NCBI GenBank assembly: GCA_002731825.1
Contig: PCCS01000001.1
Span: 202,962 to 266,961 of the forward strand
Direction: 5' to 3'
From: Myxococcales bacterium
Lineage (GTDB): Bacteria; Myxococcota_A; Bradymonadia; UBA7976; UBA1532
Length of the DNA stretch: 64,000 nt
The notes below the pieces were generated by a model. It searched no databases and was not told where the DNA came from. It was given only the letters and a program-made list of their open reading frames with translations. The number at the start of each line of letters is the position of its first letter. Position 1 is the first letter of the stretch. Below are positions 37,327-47,640 of the stretch, one piece after another. Position numbers and translations under genes: made by a program.

Positions 37327-38790
37327 TTATTGGGCGTTAATGAACGCCCATAAAGTGAGAACGGCGTACCCTGTCCCACCCGTTCGGATGTGGCCATCAT
37401 CTTTCGACGCAAGCACCGGACCAGCGATGTCCATATGGGCCCACGTGGCGTCGCCTTTGAAATGTTGGAGGAATTGCGCGGCTGTAATTGCACCACCGTA
37501 TCGGCCACCCAGATTCGTGATGTCCGCACGTTTGCTCTTCAGGTCCTCCGCTAGTTTTGGATCAAGCGGTAAGCGCCAAAGGCTCTCTCCCGCTGAGTCC
37601 GCAGCCTCCAGGAGCTTGGCTGCCAGTGCGTCGTTATCGCTAAATAATCCAGCATAATTTGGACCGAGTGCGACCATGCAGGCGCCGGTCAAAGTGGCTA
37701 AATCAATGATACAATCGGGTTTGAGCTGGACTGCATGATGAATGCAGTCAGCGAGGACCAGTCGACCTTCAGCGTCAGTGTTCAATATCTCAACGGTTTT
37801 TCCGCTGTACATCGTGAGTACATCGCTTGGACGATATGCATCTGCACCGGTCATGTTCTCGCAGGCACCGACGATACCATGGACTTTACAATTGGGTTGG
37901 AGCTTGGCCACCAAGTTCATGGTCCCCAAAACGGCGGCTGCACCGGCCATGTCGATGTACATCATTTCCATGCCCGATGCCGGCTTGATGTTGAGCCCGC
38001 CACTATCGAAGGTCAGGCCTTTGCCGACGAGGGCGATCTCCGCACTGGCCTCGCCCGAGGGCGTGTAGGTCAAATGGATAAATCTTGGCTCCCGACTTGC
38101 GCCCTGACTGACGCCGACGATGCCGCCCATGCCGCGTGCTTTTATCTCTGCCCTGTCGAGGACAAGAAGTTCAAAACCAGGTGCTTTGGCGATCTCTTGG
38201 GCGAGTGCTTCGAAGCGTTCCGGTGTGCAAATGTTAGCTGGTTCGTTTGTCAGTGTTCGCGCCAGGTTGACCGAGTCGCCGATCTGTATCCCAGCGTCGA
38301 GGTTTTCCTGTGAACTATCGCTTCCAAGCACATCGACGCTTTCGATAGCTGGCCTCGGTGCATCCTGAGGCGCCGCCTGCAGGTCGTGAAAGCGGTAGGC
38401 GCCTAATTGAGCGCCAACAACCACCTGGAGTGCATGGTCGGGACTTGGGGTCGGCGAAAAAATCCCAAGATTAGGATGCCGACCCTTGAGGGCTTCATCG
38501 ATTCCAAGAGCGGCATAATCGCGAATGATAGCCGGCGTCAGCTCATCTTCTCGTCCCAATCCGAGCAGCAGGACTTTACCAGCCTTGATGCCGCCGAGAG
38601 TATCAAGGGCAACTGATTGTCGTGGTTTGCCTTTGAAGTAGAGTCGCTCGCTTGCTGCTGAAAGGGCACCGCTGAGCGCGGCGTCGATCGCGAGTTCTTG
38701 AGCGCTTGGGTCCTGATCTTCGAATCGTCCAAGAACCAATAAATCGCCCTCGAAGTTGAGCGAGTCTAAACCTGATTGACTGACCTTCAT
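37327..38790 (-). CDS. pepA: leucyl aminopeptidase (M17)
   Basis: NTDAEGRLVLAD signature, VGKGLTFDSGG, and typical length. Confidence 0.9.
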   Translation of the reverse strand: MKVSQSGLDSLNFEGDLLVLGRFEDQDPSAQELAIDAALSGALSAASERLYFKGKPRQSVALDTLGGIKAGKVLLLGLGREDELTPAIIRDYAALGIDEALKGRHPNLGIFSPTPSPDHALQVVVGAQLGAYRFHDLQAAPQDAPRPAIESVDVLGSDSSQENLDAGIQIGDSVNLARTLTNEPANICTPERFEALAQEIAKAPGFELLVLDRAEIKARGMGGIVGVSQGASREPRFIHLTYTPSGEASAEIALVGKGLTFDSGGLNIKPASGMEMMYIDMAGAAAVLGTMNLVAKLQPNCKVHGIVGACENMTGADAYRPSDVLTMYSGKTVEILNTDAEGRLVLADCIHHAVQLKPDCIIDLATLTGACMVALGPNYAGLFSDNDALAAKLLEAADSAGESLWRLPLDPKLAEDLKSKRADITNLGGRYGGAITAAQFLQHFKGDATWAHMDIAGPVLASKDDGHIRTGGTGYAVLTLWAFINAQ

Positions 38791-38898
38791 AATGACTCCA
38801 ATTGCATCTATTGACGGGTGGTTGTATCACCGTCATCGACCCGCTGCAATTCAGTGTGTACGGTATTTGCGTTCTATCAGTATATTTTGGTTGTTTTT

Positions 38899-40293
38899 AT
38901 GACCCAGACTTGGCTCCAACTCACTGCTGCGGTGGATGAACTTCGCGACCATCTTATCGGTGGCCGCATCCAGAAGGTTCGCCAGCCAGATGACACAACG
39001 CTCAGTCTGACTGTACACAAGCAGCGTCAAACGCGATTTATTCTCATCTCATGTCGTGCTGGTTTCGCACGCATCTCGGAAAGTTTGACGCAGACAGCGA
39101 CACGCAAGCAGCCCTCTGCGCTCGTTATGTGGCTGCGCAAATATGGGAGAAATAGGCCTATCTTGGATTGCCAAGTCGAACCCAACGATCGACTGGTTCG
39201 CGTTCGGTTTCCAGACGGACTGCTTGTGGCTGAATTATCCAGCCGATCGCCAAATCTAGTCGCTCTTGACAACGATGATATCGTGCGCGTGTCGCTGCTT
39301 CCACTGCGGACACCACTTCAACATGGATTAGCTTATCAGCCACCGGCGCCTCCCCCGGCGGCTGTCCTCGCTGATTCTCGTGGGTCTATTCGTTCAGCTG
39401 TGCAAACAGAGATCCAGTATCAGTCGTTGATAATAGAGTACGAAAAAGACCGAGATTTGGCTGAGAAAAGACGGGTATTCAAGGGGGCTAGACGACGACT
39501 TGAGCGTCGGCACAAACACGTTGATGCTGACCTGCGACGGGCGGATAAATTAGATGAATTAAAACGCGCAGGCGAACTCTTGAAGGGGCAGTTGCATTTG
39601 GTGCAACCCGGCATGACCGAGGTTGTTGTCGACGACTGGTTTGCGGAGGGCGTACCCAAGGTCGCCCTCTCACTCGACCCTAAACTCGATGGACCCGGTA
39701 ATGTTCAGCAATTCTTCAAGAGATACCGTAAGGCCAGAGACGGCGAATCCAAGGCGCGTAAACGCCTCCAAGAGACTGAGGAGGCGTTGATGGTCTTACA
39801 ACAGATGGACATAACAGCCCTGACTTTGGATGAGCTTAAACGCAGATTATTGTCCATGGGCCTTCTTCAAAAGACGCAGGCACCCAATAGACAAAATGCC
39901 GACGTCAGAAAACCATATCGGTTATTCAGCAGTCTGCGCGGGGAATCCATTTGGGTTGGGCGTGGTGGCGCCGACAACCATCAGACCACATTTCATCACG
40001 CACGGGGCAATGACCACTGGCTTCATACCAGCGACGTGCCCGGCGCTCATGTGGTCGTGCCATGTCCGACTCGTGGTCAGTCGCCTCATCCTGAAACTCT
40101 CAAAGATGCGGCAGCCCTGGCCGTTCATTACAGCCGTTTGAGGGGGGAGGCCGGGGTTGCTGTCATGCATACGCAGCGCAAGTATTTGAGGCCTGTCAAA
40201 GGCGGACCCGCTGGGCGGGTCACGGTGTCGAGTTCGAAAACCATTATCGACGATGGAGACGCAGCTCGAGTCGAACGTTTGTTCTCAGGTTGA
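38899..40293 (+). CDS. NFACT-family (FbpA/RqcH-like) protein with NFACT-R/DUF814 domain
   Basis: ATG 38899 (MTQTWLQLTAAVDELRDHLIGGRIQKV, NFACT-N-like) preferred over the ORF-track 38818. Central coiled coil, and a C-terminal ESIWVGRGGADNHQTTFHHARGNDHWLHTSDVPGAHVVV. Confidence 0.7.
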   Translation: MTQTWLQLTAAVDELRDHLIGGRIQKVRQPDDTTLSLTVHKQRQTRFILISCRAGFARISESLTQTATRKQPSALVMWLRKYGRNRPILDCQVEPNDRLVRVRFPDGLLVAELSSRSPNLVALDNDDIVRVSLLPLRTPLQHGLAYQPPAPPPAAVLADSRGSIRSAVQTEIQYQSLIIEYEKDRDLAEKRRVFKGARRRLERRHKHVDADLRRADKLDELKRAGELLKGQLHLVQPGMTEVVVDDWFAEGVPKVALSLDPKLDGPGNVQQFFKRYRKARDGESKARKRLQETEEALMVLQQMDITALTLDELKRRLLSMGLLQKTQAPNRQNADVRKPYRLFSSLRGESIWVGRGGADNHQTTFHHARGNDHWLHTSDVPGAHVVVPCPTRGQSPHPETLKDAAALAVHYSRLRGEAGVAVMHTQRKYLRPVKGGPAGRVTVSSSKTIIDDGDAARVERLFSG

Positions 40294-40408
40294 CGCCCCA
40301 TCTTGCGGCTGAGGACTCGTTTTTTTGACGTCTCCCGTCTCTGAGCGGCATTTTTCCTGATGAAAAAATGTACAACTACATGTGGTGTAGTGTAGTATTT
40401 AACCCGTC

Positions 40409-41905
40409 ATGCACGCGTTAGATTCTTCCATAGGGCGGTTTCCGTCTACGTCGCTCAAGACGACTCCCAGCGCCCACGCAAAAAAACGCGTCGAGCGCCG
40501 TTTTGTTCTTCTGGTCGATGGAGACAATTCACGCCAACGATTGTTGGTCGACATGCTGTCCATGGCTGGCTTTTCCGTGCTCAGTGCATCGACCCGGCTC
40601 GAAGGCGAGTCCCAATTGCGCCGTCATCCCATTGGCGTAGTAGTTGCTGATTACGAGACCGTCGACGGGGTTGATTGGTTAGATTGGTTGGGCGCATGCC
40701 AGCCAAAAGTCCGGTGTGTCATCACCCATAAGGTGGCCGGCATTTCAGATGCCGTTGAGGTGATGCGACGTGGCGGATTCGATTACTTTGGTGAACCGTG
40801 TAAGATCGGTGATTTAGTCTCGGCCGTTGAACGTGCAAGCGACGAACATGAGCATGATGCGCAGACCTTACCTGCTTCGTCTGTAGAGTCTTTGTATGGT
40901 TTGGCAGATGCGTTACCCCGGGCGTTGAACGTCGATGCGTGTCTTGACCTGATGCTTTCAATGGGTCTTCGCCGAACCGCATGCGATGGACTGACCCTCA
41001 TTCTACGATCCACCTCGAGCGGAGTCAGTGACCTGCACCGTGGGGACGCGATGCGATTGTATGTCGATGATTTAACGCGCTTAGCCATCGAGCAGCGAGA
41101 GCCCATAGCGTATCACGGTAGCGGCGTTTTTGATTTCGTCGAATTGACATCCAGGACAGAGATCATCAACTCGCTCATCTTGGTTCCGATCTTATCTCGC
41201 AATGAAAGCCTGGGATGGTTAATCGGGACCTGTCTCTTCAATAATCGAGCTGATGGGTCCGATGAGACTTTGTTGACGATTATTGGTGACCGAATCGGTT
41301 CTGCGATTCTCGCGGGTCAGCAGGAGACGGCCCTCCAGGTCACGTTTCAACAGACCGTTGACGTCTTGTTGGCGACTTTGAATGAAAAGGACCAATATAC
41401 CGCAGGCCACAGTGAACGCGTCGCTGACCTCGCACGATTGATCGCAAAAGGCATGGGCTGTGACGAACACGTCCAAGACTTGGTTTTCCAAGGGGCGCGT
41501 TTACACGATATCGGAAAGCTTGCCATCGACAATGCCGAATTGAACAAAGCGGGTCCTTTGACCGATGATGAATACGAGCGCATGAAAAAACACACGCTCA
41601 CAGGTGCTGAATTACTCAAGTCAATGCCGTGTTTTCAGGCCTTGATTCCGGCTGTGATTGGGCACCATGAACGCCTTGATGGGACAGGCTACCCGTTCGG
41701 TTTAAAAGGCGATGAGATTCCTTTGCTGGCGAGAATCGTCGCCGTAGCCGATGCTTATGATGCCATGACGAGTGACCGAACCTATCGCAAAGCAATGGCA
41801 CCCCCCGATGCGATCTCGGAGTTAGATCGCTGCCGAAATCGGCACTATGATGGCCGCTGTGTCGATGCCCTAAAACGCGCTTTTTCCACGGGCGGCATTG
41901 TATAA
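40409..41905 (+). CDS. receiver - GAF-like - HD-GYP domain protein (c-di-GMP phosphodiesterase family)
   Basis: REC text (FVLLVDGDN...VVVADYE), a central GAF-like region, and HD-GYP motifs (GHSERV, LHDIGKL, HHERLDGTGYP). Confidence 0.8.
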   Translation: MHALDSSIGRFPSTSLKTTPSAHAKKRVERRFVLLVDGDNSRQRLLVDMLSMAGFSVLSASTRLEGESQLRRHPIGVVVADYETVDGVDWLDWLGACQPKVRCVITHKVAGISDAVEVMRRGGFDYFGEPCKIGDLVSAVERASDEHEHDAQTLPASSVESLYGLADALPRALNVDACLDLMLSMGLRRTACDGLTLILRSTSSGVSDLHRGDAMRLYVDDLTRLAIEQREPIAYHGSGVFDFVELTSRTEIINSLILVPILSRNESLGWLIGTCLFNNRADGSDETLLTIIGDRIGSAILAGQQETALQVTFQQTVDVLLATLNEKDQYTAGHSERVADLARLIAKGMGCDEHVQDLVFQGARLHDIGKLAIDNAELNKAGPLTDDEYERMKKHTLTGAELLKSMPCFQALIPAVIGHHERLDGTGYPFGLKGDEIPLLARIVAVADAYDAMTSDRTYRKAMAPPDAISELDRCRNRHYDGRCVDALKRAFSTGGIV

Positions 41906-42028
41906 TCCAAATGCGCTTAATGGCGCGTTGATTTCTCTATCATTTCAGGGTAAAACCACGCTTTCCGTCTGGAACCAATCTGGGTCTCCACGGCGGTTCG
42001 TACTCTTGAAATTGAGGACCCTGTCGTC

Positions 42029-44599
42029 ATGACTGAAACGACCAAGTCGTACTTACCCGTGAACATCGAAGATGAGATGCGTGTTTCGTATCTTGATTAT
42101 GCGATGTCTGTCATTATCGGACGTGCTTTACCAGACGTCCGAGACGGCTTAAAGCCCGTTCATCGCCGTGTGCTCTACACGATGAATGACTTAAAGAACA
42201 ACTGGAATAGTTCTTACAAGAAATCGGCTCGAATCGTTGGCGATTGTATTGGTAAGTATCATCCCCACGGTGACCAAGCCGTCTACGACACGCTCGTTCG
42301 CTTGGCGCAAGATTTTTCCATGCGCTATCCACTCGTGGATGGGCAGGGAAACTTCGGGAGTGTTGATGGTGATCCAGCGGCCGCCATGCGCTACACGGAA
42401 GTCCGTATGCAGCGCATTGCCCATGAGATGTTGCAAGACATCGATAAAGACACAGTCGAGTTCGGCGCGAATTATGATGAGACCACGAAAGAACCTCTGG
42501 TCTTACCTGCTCGGGTTCCAAACCTGCTGGTCAATGGCAGTTCAGGCATTGCCGTTGGTATGGCCACCAACATACCGCCCCATAATCTGACGGAAGTCGT
42601 CAACGCAGCCATTGCGGTGATGCGACGACCGGAGATTACACTGGCGGAATTGATGGACATTGTTCCAGCACCCGATTTTCCCACAGGTGGGACCATATAC
42701 GGCACCGCTGGCATACTCGATGCGTACCGAACAGGGCGCGGGGTTATCCGCATTCGTGCCGTATGTGACATCGAAGAGATGACCACCGACCGTGAGCGCA
42801 TCGTTGTCAACGAGCTGCCCTATCAGGTCAACAAAGCCAAGTTACTGGAGAAAATTGCAGAGTTAGTTCGCGATAAGCGCATCGAAGGGATCAGCGATTT
42901 ACGCGATGAAAGTGACCGCCGCGGGATGCGGGTTGTCATCGAATTGAAGCGCGATGCGCAAGCCCAAATCGTGCTTAATCAATTATACAAATTGACCAAC
43001 CTGCAAGTGAGCTTCGGTATCAATTTGTTAGCGATCGTGCACGGTGAACCACGACTCTTGAGTCTGCACGAAATCCTTCGCCATTTTGTGGAGCATCGCC
43101 GCGATGTCACTCTGAGACGATGCCGTTATGAACTGCGAAAGGCCGAGGCCCGAGCGCATATCTTAGAAGGCTTCAAGATCGCGCTGGACTATATTGATGA
43201 GGTCATCAAAATCATCCGCGGCAGTCAAACCACCGAGGAAGCTCGACAGGGATTGATGTCCCGCTTCTCTCTGAGCGAGAAGCAGGCCTCAGCGATTCTC
43301 GAGATGCGACTGCGACGTCTTACAGGTATGGAGCGCGATGAAATCGTCGCCGAACTGGAGACTGTCCGAGCCGAGATTGCACGTCTACGTGCCATTCTCG
43401 AAGACGAAGGTCTATTGCTGGAGGTGATCGAGGGCGAATTAGTCGAGGTCAGAGACCAATACGGAGACGAGCGTCGCACCAACTATGTCGCTGCCAGCAG
43501 TGACTTTGATTTAGAAGACCTGATTCCAATGGAAGACATGGTGGTGACCGTATCGCATGCAGGATACGTCAAGCGGGTTGCGCTCACTGAATATCGAACG
43601 CAGCACCGCGGCGGTCGTGGCAAGAGCGGAATGACGACGAAGGATAAAGACTTCGTCGAAAATCTCTTTGTCGCTTCGACACACAGCACCATGCTGTTTT
43701 TCACCGACCGAGGTCGGGTGTTTAGTCGGAAGGTATTTCACTTACCGCAGGGGAGTCGATTGGCGCGAGGCAAGCCCATCGTCAACGTCCTACCCTTTGA
43801 CGCGGACGAAAAACTTGCCATGGTGTTGGCCGTCGATGAGTTTACAGAAGGCCATTACCTCTTTTTCGCGACCGCTATGGGCCGCGTCAAGAAGACAAAC
43901 CTCATGGCGTACTCCAATATTCGGTCAACGGGCATTATCGCCATCAAACTCAATGACGGCGATCAGTTGATCGCGGTCAGGCCAACCACAGGCGAGAGTG
44001 ATATTTTGCTCTCGACGTCCAACGGAATGGCCATTCGCTTCCGTGAGGATAATGTGCGTTCCATGGGCCGTGACACCGCTGGTGTCCGCGGCATTGATCT
44101 GCAGGGCGATGATGATGTCGTCGGCTGTGTGACTTTCGACCGCGAAGAGACAGATGGCGGACAAGTCACTTTGCTGACGGTGACCGAGAATGGGTATGGA
44201 AAGCAGACAACATTAGATGGATATCTCCGTGGCGGCAATACGCAGAGCCGCGGTGGTAAGGGCTTAATCGACATTCAAACAGATGCACGTAACGGTAAAG
44301 TCGTTGGCGTCATCAAAGTCGAAGAAGAAACAGACCAATATCTCTTGGTCACCAACTCCGGGGTCATCATTCGTGCGAACGCGGGGACAGTCTCCCTTGT
44401 CAATCGAAACACGAAGGGTGTGCGACTCATCAACTTGGACAAGAACACCCAAGTTGTGAGCTTGGCTCGTTACGCAGCTGGTGATGAAGAGGAAGACGAG
44501 GGTATGGATGCCGACGGCGCCGCTGATGCGGATGGTGAGACAAGCCCTGACGCTGTCGCGCCTGATGCCGACAGTCGCGATGAGCCAAGCGAAGACTGA
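42029..44599 (+). CDS. gyrA: DNA gyrase subunit A
   Basis: [37 protein letters not shown], an active-site Tyr region, a beta-pinwheel CTD and an acidic tail. Confidence 0.97.
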   Translation: MTETTKSYLPVNIEDEMRVSYLDYAMSVIIGRALPDVRDGLKPVHRRVLYTMNDLKNNWNSSYKKSARIVGDCIGKYHPHGDQAVYDTLVRLAQDFSMRYPLVDGQGNFGSVDGDPAAAMRYTEVRMQRIAHEMLQDIDKDTVEFGANYDETTKEPLVLPARVPNLLVNGSSGIAVGMATNIPPHNLTEVVNAAIAVMRRPEITLAELMDIVPAPDFPTGGTIYGTAGILDAYRTGRGVIRIRAVCDIEEMTTDRERIVVNELPYQVNKAKLLEKIAELVRDKRIEGISDLRDESDRRGMRVVIELKRDAQAQIVLNQLYKLTNLQVSFGINLLAIVHGEPRLLSLHEILRHFVEHRRDVTLRRCRYELRKAEARAHILEGFKIALDYIDEVIKIIRGSQTTEEARQGLMSRFSLSEKQASAILEMRLRRLTGMERDEIVAELETVRAEIARLRAILEDEGLLLEVIEGELVEVRDQYGDERRTNYVAASSDFDLEDLIPMEDMVVTVSHAGYVKRVALTEYRTQHRGGRGKSGMTTKDKDFVENLFVASTHSTMLFFTDRGRVFSRKVFHLPQGSRLARGKPIVNVLPFDADEKLAMVLAVDEFTEGHYLFFATAMGRVKKTNLMAYSNIRSTGIIAIKLNDGDQLIAVRPTTGESDILLSTSNGMAIRFREDNVRSMGRDTAGVRGIDLQGDDDVVGCVTFDREETDGGQVTLLTVTENGYGKQTTLDGYLRGGNTQSRGGKGLIDIQTDARNGKVVGVIKVEEETDQYLLVTNSGVIIRANAGTVSLVNRNTKGVRLINLDKNTQVVSLARYAAGDEEEDEGMDADGAADADGETSPDAVAPDADSRDEPSED

Positions 44600-44653
44600 A
44601 AGCTCAGTTTTTGAGGTAGCCCGACGTTCGACCCCAAAAATTAAGGAGTTCTC

Positions 44654-45940
44654 ATGAGTCGTGCGACCGACCGAAGCGACGCATTGTTCGCAGCAGCCGA
44701 GACTTTAATGCCTGGCGGCGTAAATAGCCCGGTTCGGGCCTTTCGTTCCGTGGGTGGTAATCCACCGTTCATTGCGTCCGCTGAAGGCGCTTACATCACC
44801 GATGCTGACGGTAATCGTTATGTGGACTACTGTGGGACTTGGGGTCCTGCAATCTTGGGCCATGCCCACCACGAGGTTGTCGAGGCCGTCTGTGAGGCCG
44901 CTCAGCGTGGCATGAGTTTTGGCGCCCCGTCCGAGGCCGAGGTCGACATGGCCCGTGCCGTTCGAGGGCTCTATCCCAGCATCGAGATGATGCGCATGGT
45001 CTCCAGTGGAACCGAAGCCTGCATGTCCGCCATTCGGCTCGCGCGCGGCTTCACTGGTCGAGACGGCATTGTGAAGTTCGAGGGATGCTACCACGGACAT
45101 GCAGACAGTTTACTCGTAAAGGCTGGCAGTGGCGGCGCCACATTTGGCGTACCAGACAGCGCCGGCGTGCCCGCTGATTTGGCTCGCCATACCTATACCG
45201 TCCCATTTAACGATGTCGATGGTTTGCGGAGTCTTTTGGAGGCAAAAGGGACCGATTTGTCCTGCGTCATTCTTGAAGCGGTGACCGGTAACATGGGCGT
45301 GATTCGGCCATCCGACGAGTTCCTCGCCTTTTTGGCCACCGTGTCAGAAACGTATGGGACCCTGGTGATTTTTGATGAAGTGATGACTGGATTCAGAGTC
45401 GCAGTGGGCGGCGCCCAAGGGCTTTTTGAGTTCAAACCTGACCTGACATGCCTAGGCAAAGTCGTTGGTGGGGGTCTACCCGTTGGTGTCTATGGGGGCC
45501 GCGCGGAGGTCATGGCGTCTATTTCTCCCCTCGGTCCCGTCTATCAGGCAGGCACCCTAAGTGGAAACCCCTTAGCGACAGCCGCCGGTTTGAAAACCAT
45601 AGACGTGCTCAGTCGGCCTGGGGTCTTTGACCGGGCCGAGCATGCCGCGACTCAACTTGCCAATGGCCTGCGGGTCCTCATCGATGAGTTGGGTATCGAG
45701 GCTGTCGTGGAACAGGTCGGCACAATGATGACTTTGTTTTTCGCCAAGGCGGCGCCCACAAATTTTGCTGAGGTTGCCCGCTGCGACCACGACAAGTTTG
45801 GGCGCTTTCATCGTGCTATGCTCGATGGCGGCATTTATCTACCACCCAGCGGCTATGAAGCTTGGTTTGTCTCGGCCGCCCACACTGACGCTGAAGTTCA
45901 GGCGACACTGAACATCGCACGCTCAGCTCTCCTCTCATGA
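44654..45940 (+). CDS. hemL: glutamate-1-semialdehyde 2,1-aminomutase
   Basis: GGVNSPVRAFRSVGG, FDEVMTGFR and a PLP-lysine region. AAGGAG RBS. Confidence 0.95.
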   Translation: MSRATDRSDALFAAAETLMPGGVNSPVRAFRSVGGNPPFIASAEGAYITDADGNRYVDYCGTWGPAILGHAHHEVVEAVCEAAQRGMSFGAPSEAEVDMARAVRGLYPSIEMMRMVSSGTEACMSAIRLARGFTGRDGIVKFEGCYHGHADSLLVKAGSGGATFGVPDSAGVPADLARHTYTVPFNDVDGLRSLLEAKGTDLSCVILEAVTGNMGVIRPSDEFLAFLATVSETYGTLVIFDEVMTGFRVAVGGAQGLFEFKPDLTCLGKVVGGGLPVGVYGGRAEVMASISPLGPVYQAGTLSGNPLATAAGLKTIDVLSRPGVFDRAEHAATQLANGLRVLIDELGIEAVVEQVGTMMTLFFAKAAPTNFAEVARCDHDKFGRFHRAMLDGGIYLPPSGYEAWFVSAAHTDAEVQATLNIARSALLS

Positions 45941-46215
45941 CCGAGAATCCGCTGGAGCGAAAGGCGCGAGACGTCTATCGGTCCAGTCGATATGCCAGTA
46001 TCGGACTTGAACTGGGCGTCTCGGTGGTCATTGGATTACTCATCGGTCGTTGGGCTGAGCAGACGTGGGATTTAGCCCCCTGGGGTGTTCTTCTTGGCAT
46101 TGGTTTAGGCTTCGCGGCGGCCATTCGTTCAATATCGAGAACATTGGCGTCCTTGGCCCAAGAAAATGATTCGAAAACCGAGCCTGTAATAAAGCGCGAG
46201 GATGACGACGGTTAG
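45937..46215 (+). CDS. AtpZ/AtpR-like small membrane protein preceding F0 genes
   Basis: 92 aa with two TMs (YASIGLELGVSVVIGLLIGRWAEQTWDLAPWGVLLGIGLGFAAAI). ATGA overlap with the hemL stop. Confidence 0.6.
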   Translation: MTENPLERKARDVYRSSRYASIGLELGVSVVIGLLIGRWAEQTWDLAPWGVLLGIGLGFAAAIRSISRTLASLAQENDSKTEPVIKREDDDG

Positions 46216-46600
46216 ATGCATGGAAGAAATATATAAACGCTCGTTTTTATTTGGTTTTATCCTCGTGATGGGTAGCCTTTATTTTAGGTCTTGGTCCATC
46301 AGTTTAGGTGTCTTCGCCGGGATTATCTTAGCCATCGTAAATTTGTGGTTGATCCAACGCGCAGTCGGTGGCTTACTCGCCGGCGAACGCGCGTCGATTG
46401 GGTGGCTTTACGTCTTCAAGCTGACCGCTTTACTCGCGCTTCTGTTCGTGTTGATTGGGGTCCTCGGATTGGATGCCATCGCACTGGTAACAGGCTTTAG
46501 CGTTTTGTTTCTTGTCATCTCGACGGGAGGCGCCAAAGCCATGGGACAAGACGATCAAGATGCTGCTGATGGCATCGAGGTGGAGTCAGATAATGGCTGA
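46202..46600 (+). CDS. atpI: ATP synthase protein I-like membrane protein
   Basis: 132 aa with 4 hydrophobic segments, located directly upstream of atpB. Alternative start at ATG 46220. Confidence 0.5.
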   Translation: MTTVRCMEEIYKRSFLFGFILVMGSLYFRSWSISLGVFAGIILAIVNLWLIQRAVGGLLAGERASIGWLYVFKLTALLALLFVLIGVLGLDAIALVTGFSVLFLVISTGGAKAMGQDDQDAADGIEVESDNG

Positions 46601-47387
46601 TGGACAGCAGATCATACCCGGAGAACATGGCCAGACATGGATGAGTTTTCCTTTTGGTGACCTAGAAAAGAAGCTTGCCGATGGTGTCGGTGATTCCTTT
46701 CTCTTTGGCCAGAAAGTCACCGATGTACATCATGTCTCGGTCGGCTTTGTCGTCTTTGTACTTCTCATTCTTGCGGCGTTTCGATTTAGCAGCGCACTCA
46801 AGAAAGACAGCACTGGCGGTGTTATACCGGAGTCTCGATTTAATTTGCGATCGGTATTTGAGACAATCCTCGACTATGTCATGAGTGTCATGACCGGAAT
46901 CATGGGCGATAAAGCGGCTCGGCATTTCCTTCCGTTCATCGGTACGTTCGCGTTCTTTATTTTAACCTGTAATTTGATCGGTTTGGTCCCGGGATTTCTC
47001 CCGCCGACCGACTCGTTCAATACGACGGTTCCATGCGCTGTGCTTGTCTTCTTGGCCACTCATATCTACGGTCTTAAAGAAAATGGGATGGAGCATGTTA
47101 AGCATCTCATGGGTCCGGTCTGGTGGCTTGCTCCGTTGATTTTTGTCATCGAGTTTATCGGTCATTTGGCCCGCCCAGTTAGCTTATCTTTACGCTTGGC
47201 TGGAAACATGATCGGTGACCATAAAGCGGTCAGCATTTTCCTGATGCTGGTTCCTCTAGGTGTGCCCATCGCGTTGCTTGGCCTCGGTTTTATCGTTTGC
47301 GTCGTTCAGACTTTGGTTTTTTGTTTATTGAGTGTGGTCTACATCGGTATGGCCATCGAACACCACGACCACGCAGAGGCGCACTGA
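46593..47387 (+). CDS. atpB: F0F1 ATP synthase subunit a
   Basis: Essential Arg in LSLRLAGNMIGDHK. The ATG at 46593 (MADGQQ) is preceded by GGAG and overlaps the atpI stop; the ORF-track 46512 extension is rejected. Confidence 0.9.
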   Translation: MADGQQIIPGEHGQTWMSFPFGDLEKKLADGVGDSFLFGQKVTDVHHVSVGFVVFVLLILAAFRFSSALKKDSTGGVIPESRFNLRSVFETILDYVMSVMTGIMGDKAARHFLPFIGTFAFFILTCNLIGLVPGFLPPTDSFNTTVPCAVLVFLATHIYGLKENGMEHVKHLMGPVWWLAPLIFVIEFIGHLARPVSLSLRLAGNMIGDHKAVSIFLMLVPLGVPIALLGLGFIVCVVQTLVFCLLSVVYIGMAIEHHDHAEAH

Positions 47388-47640
47388 GGCGCTAGAAAAA
47401 GATTTCTTAGGCATGGGCGCAGCTCAGGCCAACGCAGCGAACAGTTGTCTGACATATCCATCATGGTCTACCTGGGTACGGTGTTGGTAGAGAGAGAGAG
47501 GCAAGGGTCGGCTCATGAATGGACATCAAAGGCAGATGGGCGCTGTGACCTAAAAAACGCCGTTTGACGGCACAAACAGGGTGGCTGGTCCTGAGAGATT
47601 GTTCTCGGCCAACGGCCCAATCAACTAGGAGACATGACAT

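Noticed and set aside
37238-38616. Plus-strand ORFs (139, 192, 108, 82, 69 aa) overlapping pepA.
   Set aside because: The minus strand encodes a full-length M17 aminopeptidase with the NTDAEGRL signature. The plus-strand frames are Ala/Ser/Arg-rich shadow ORFs.
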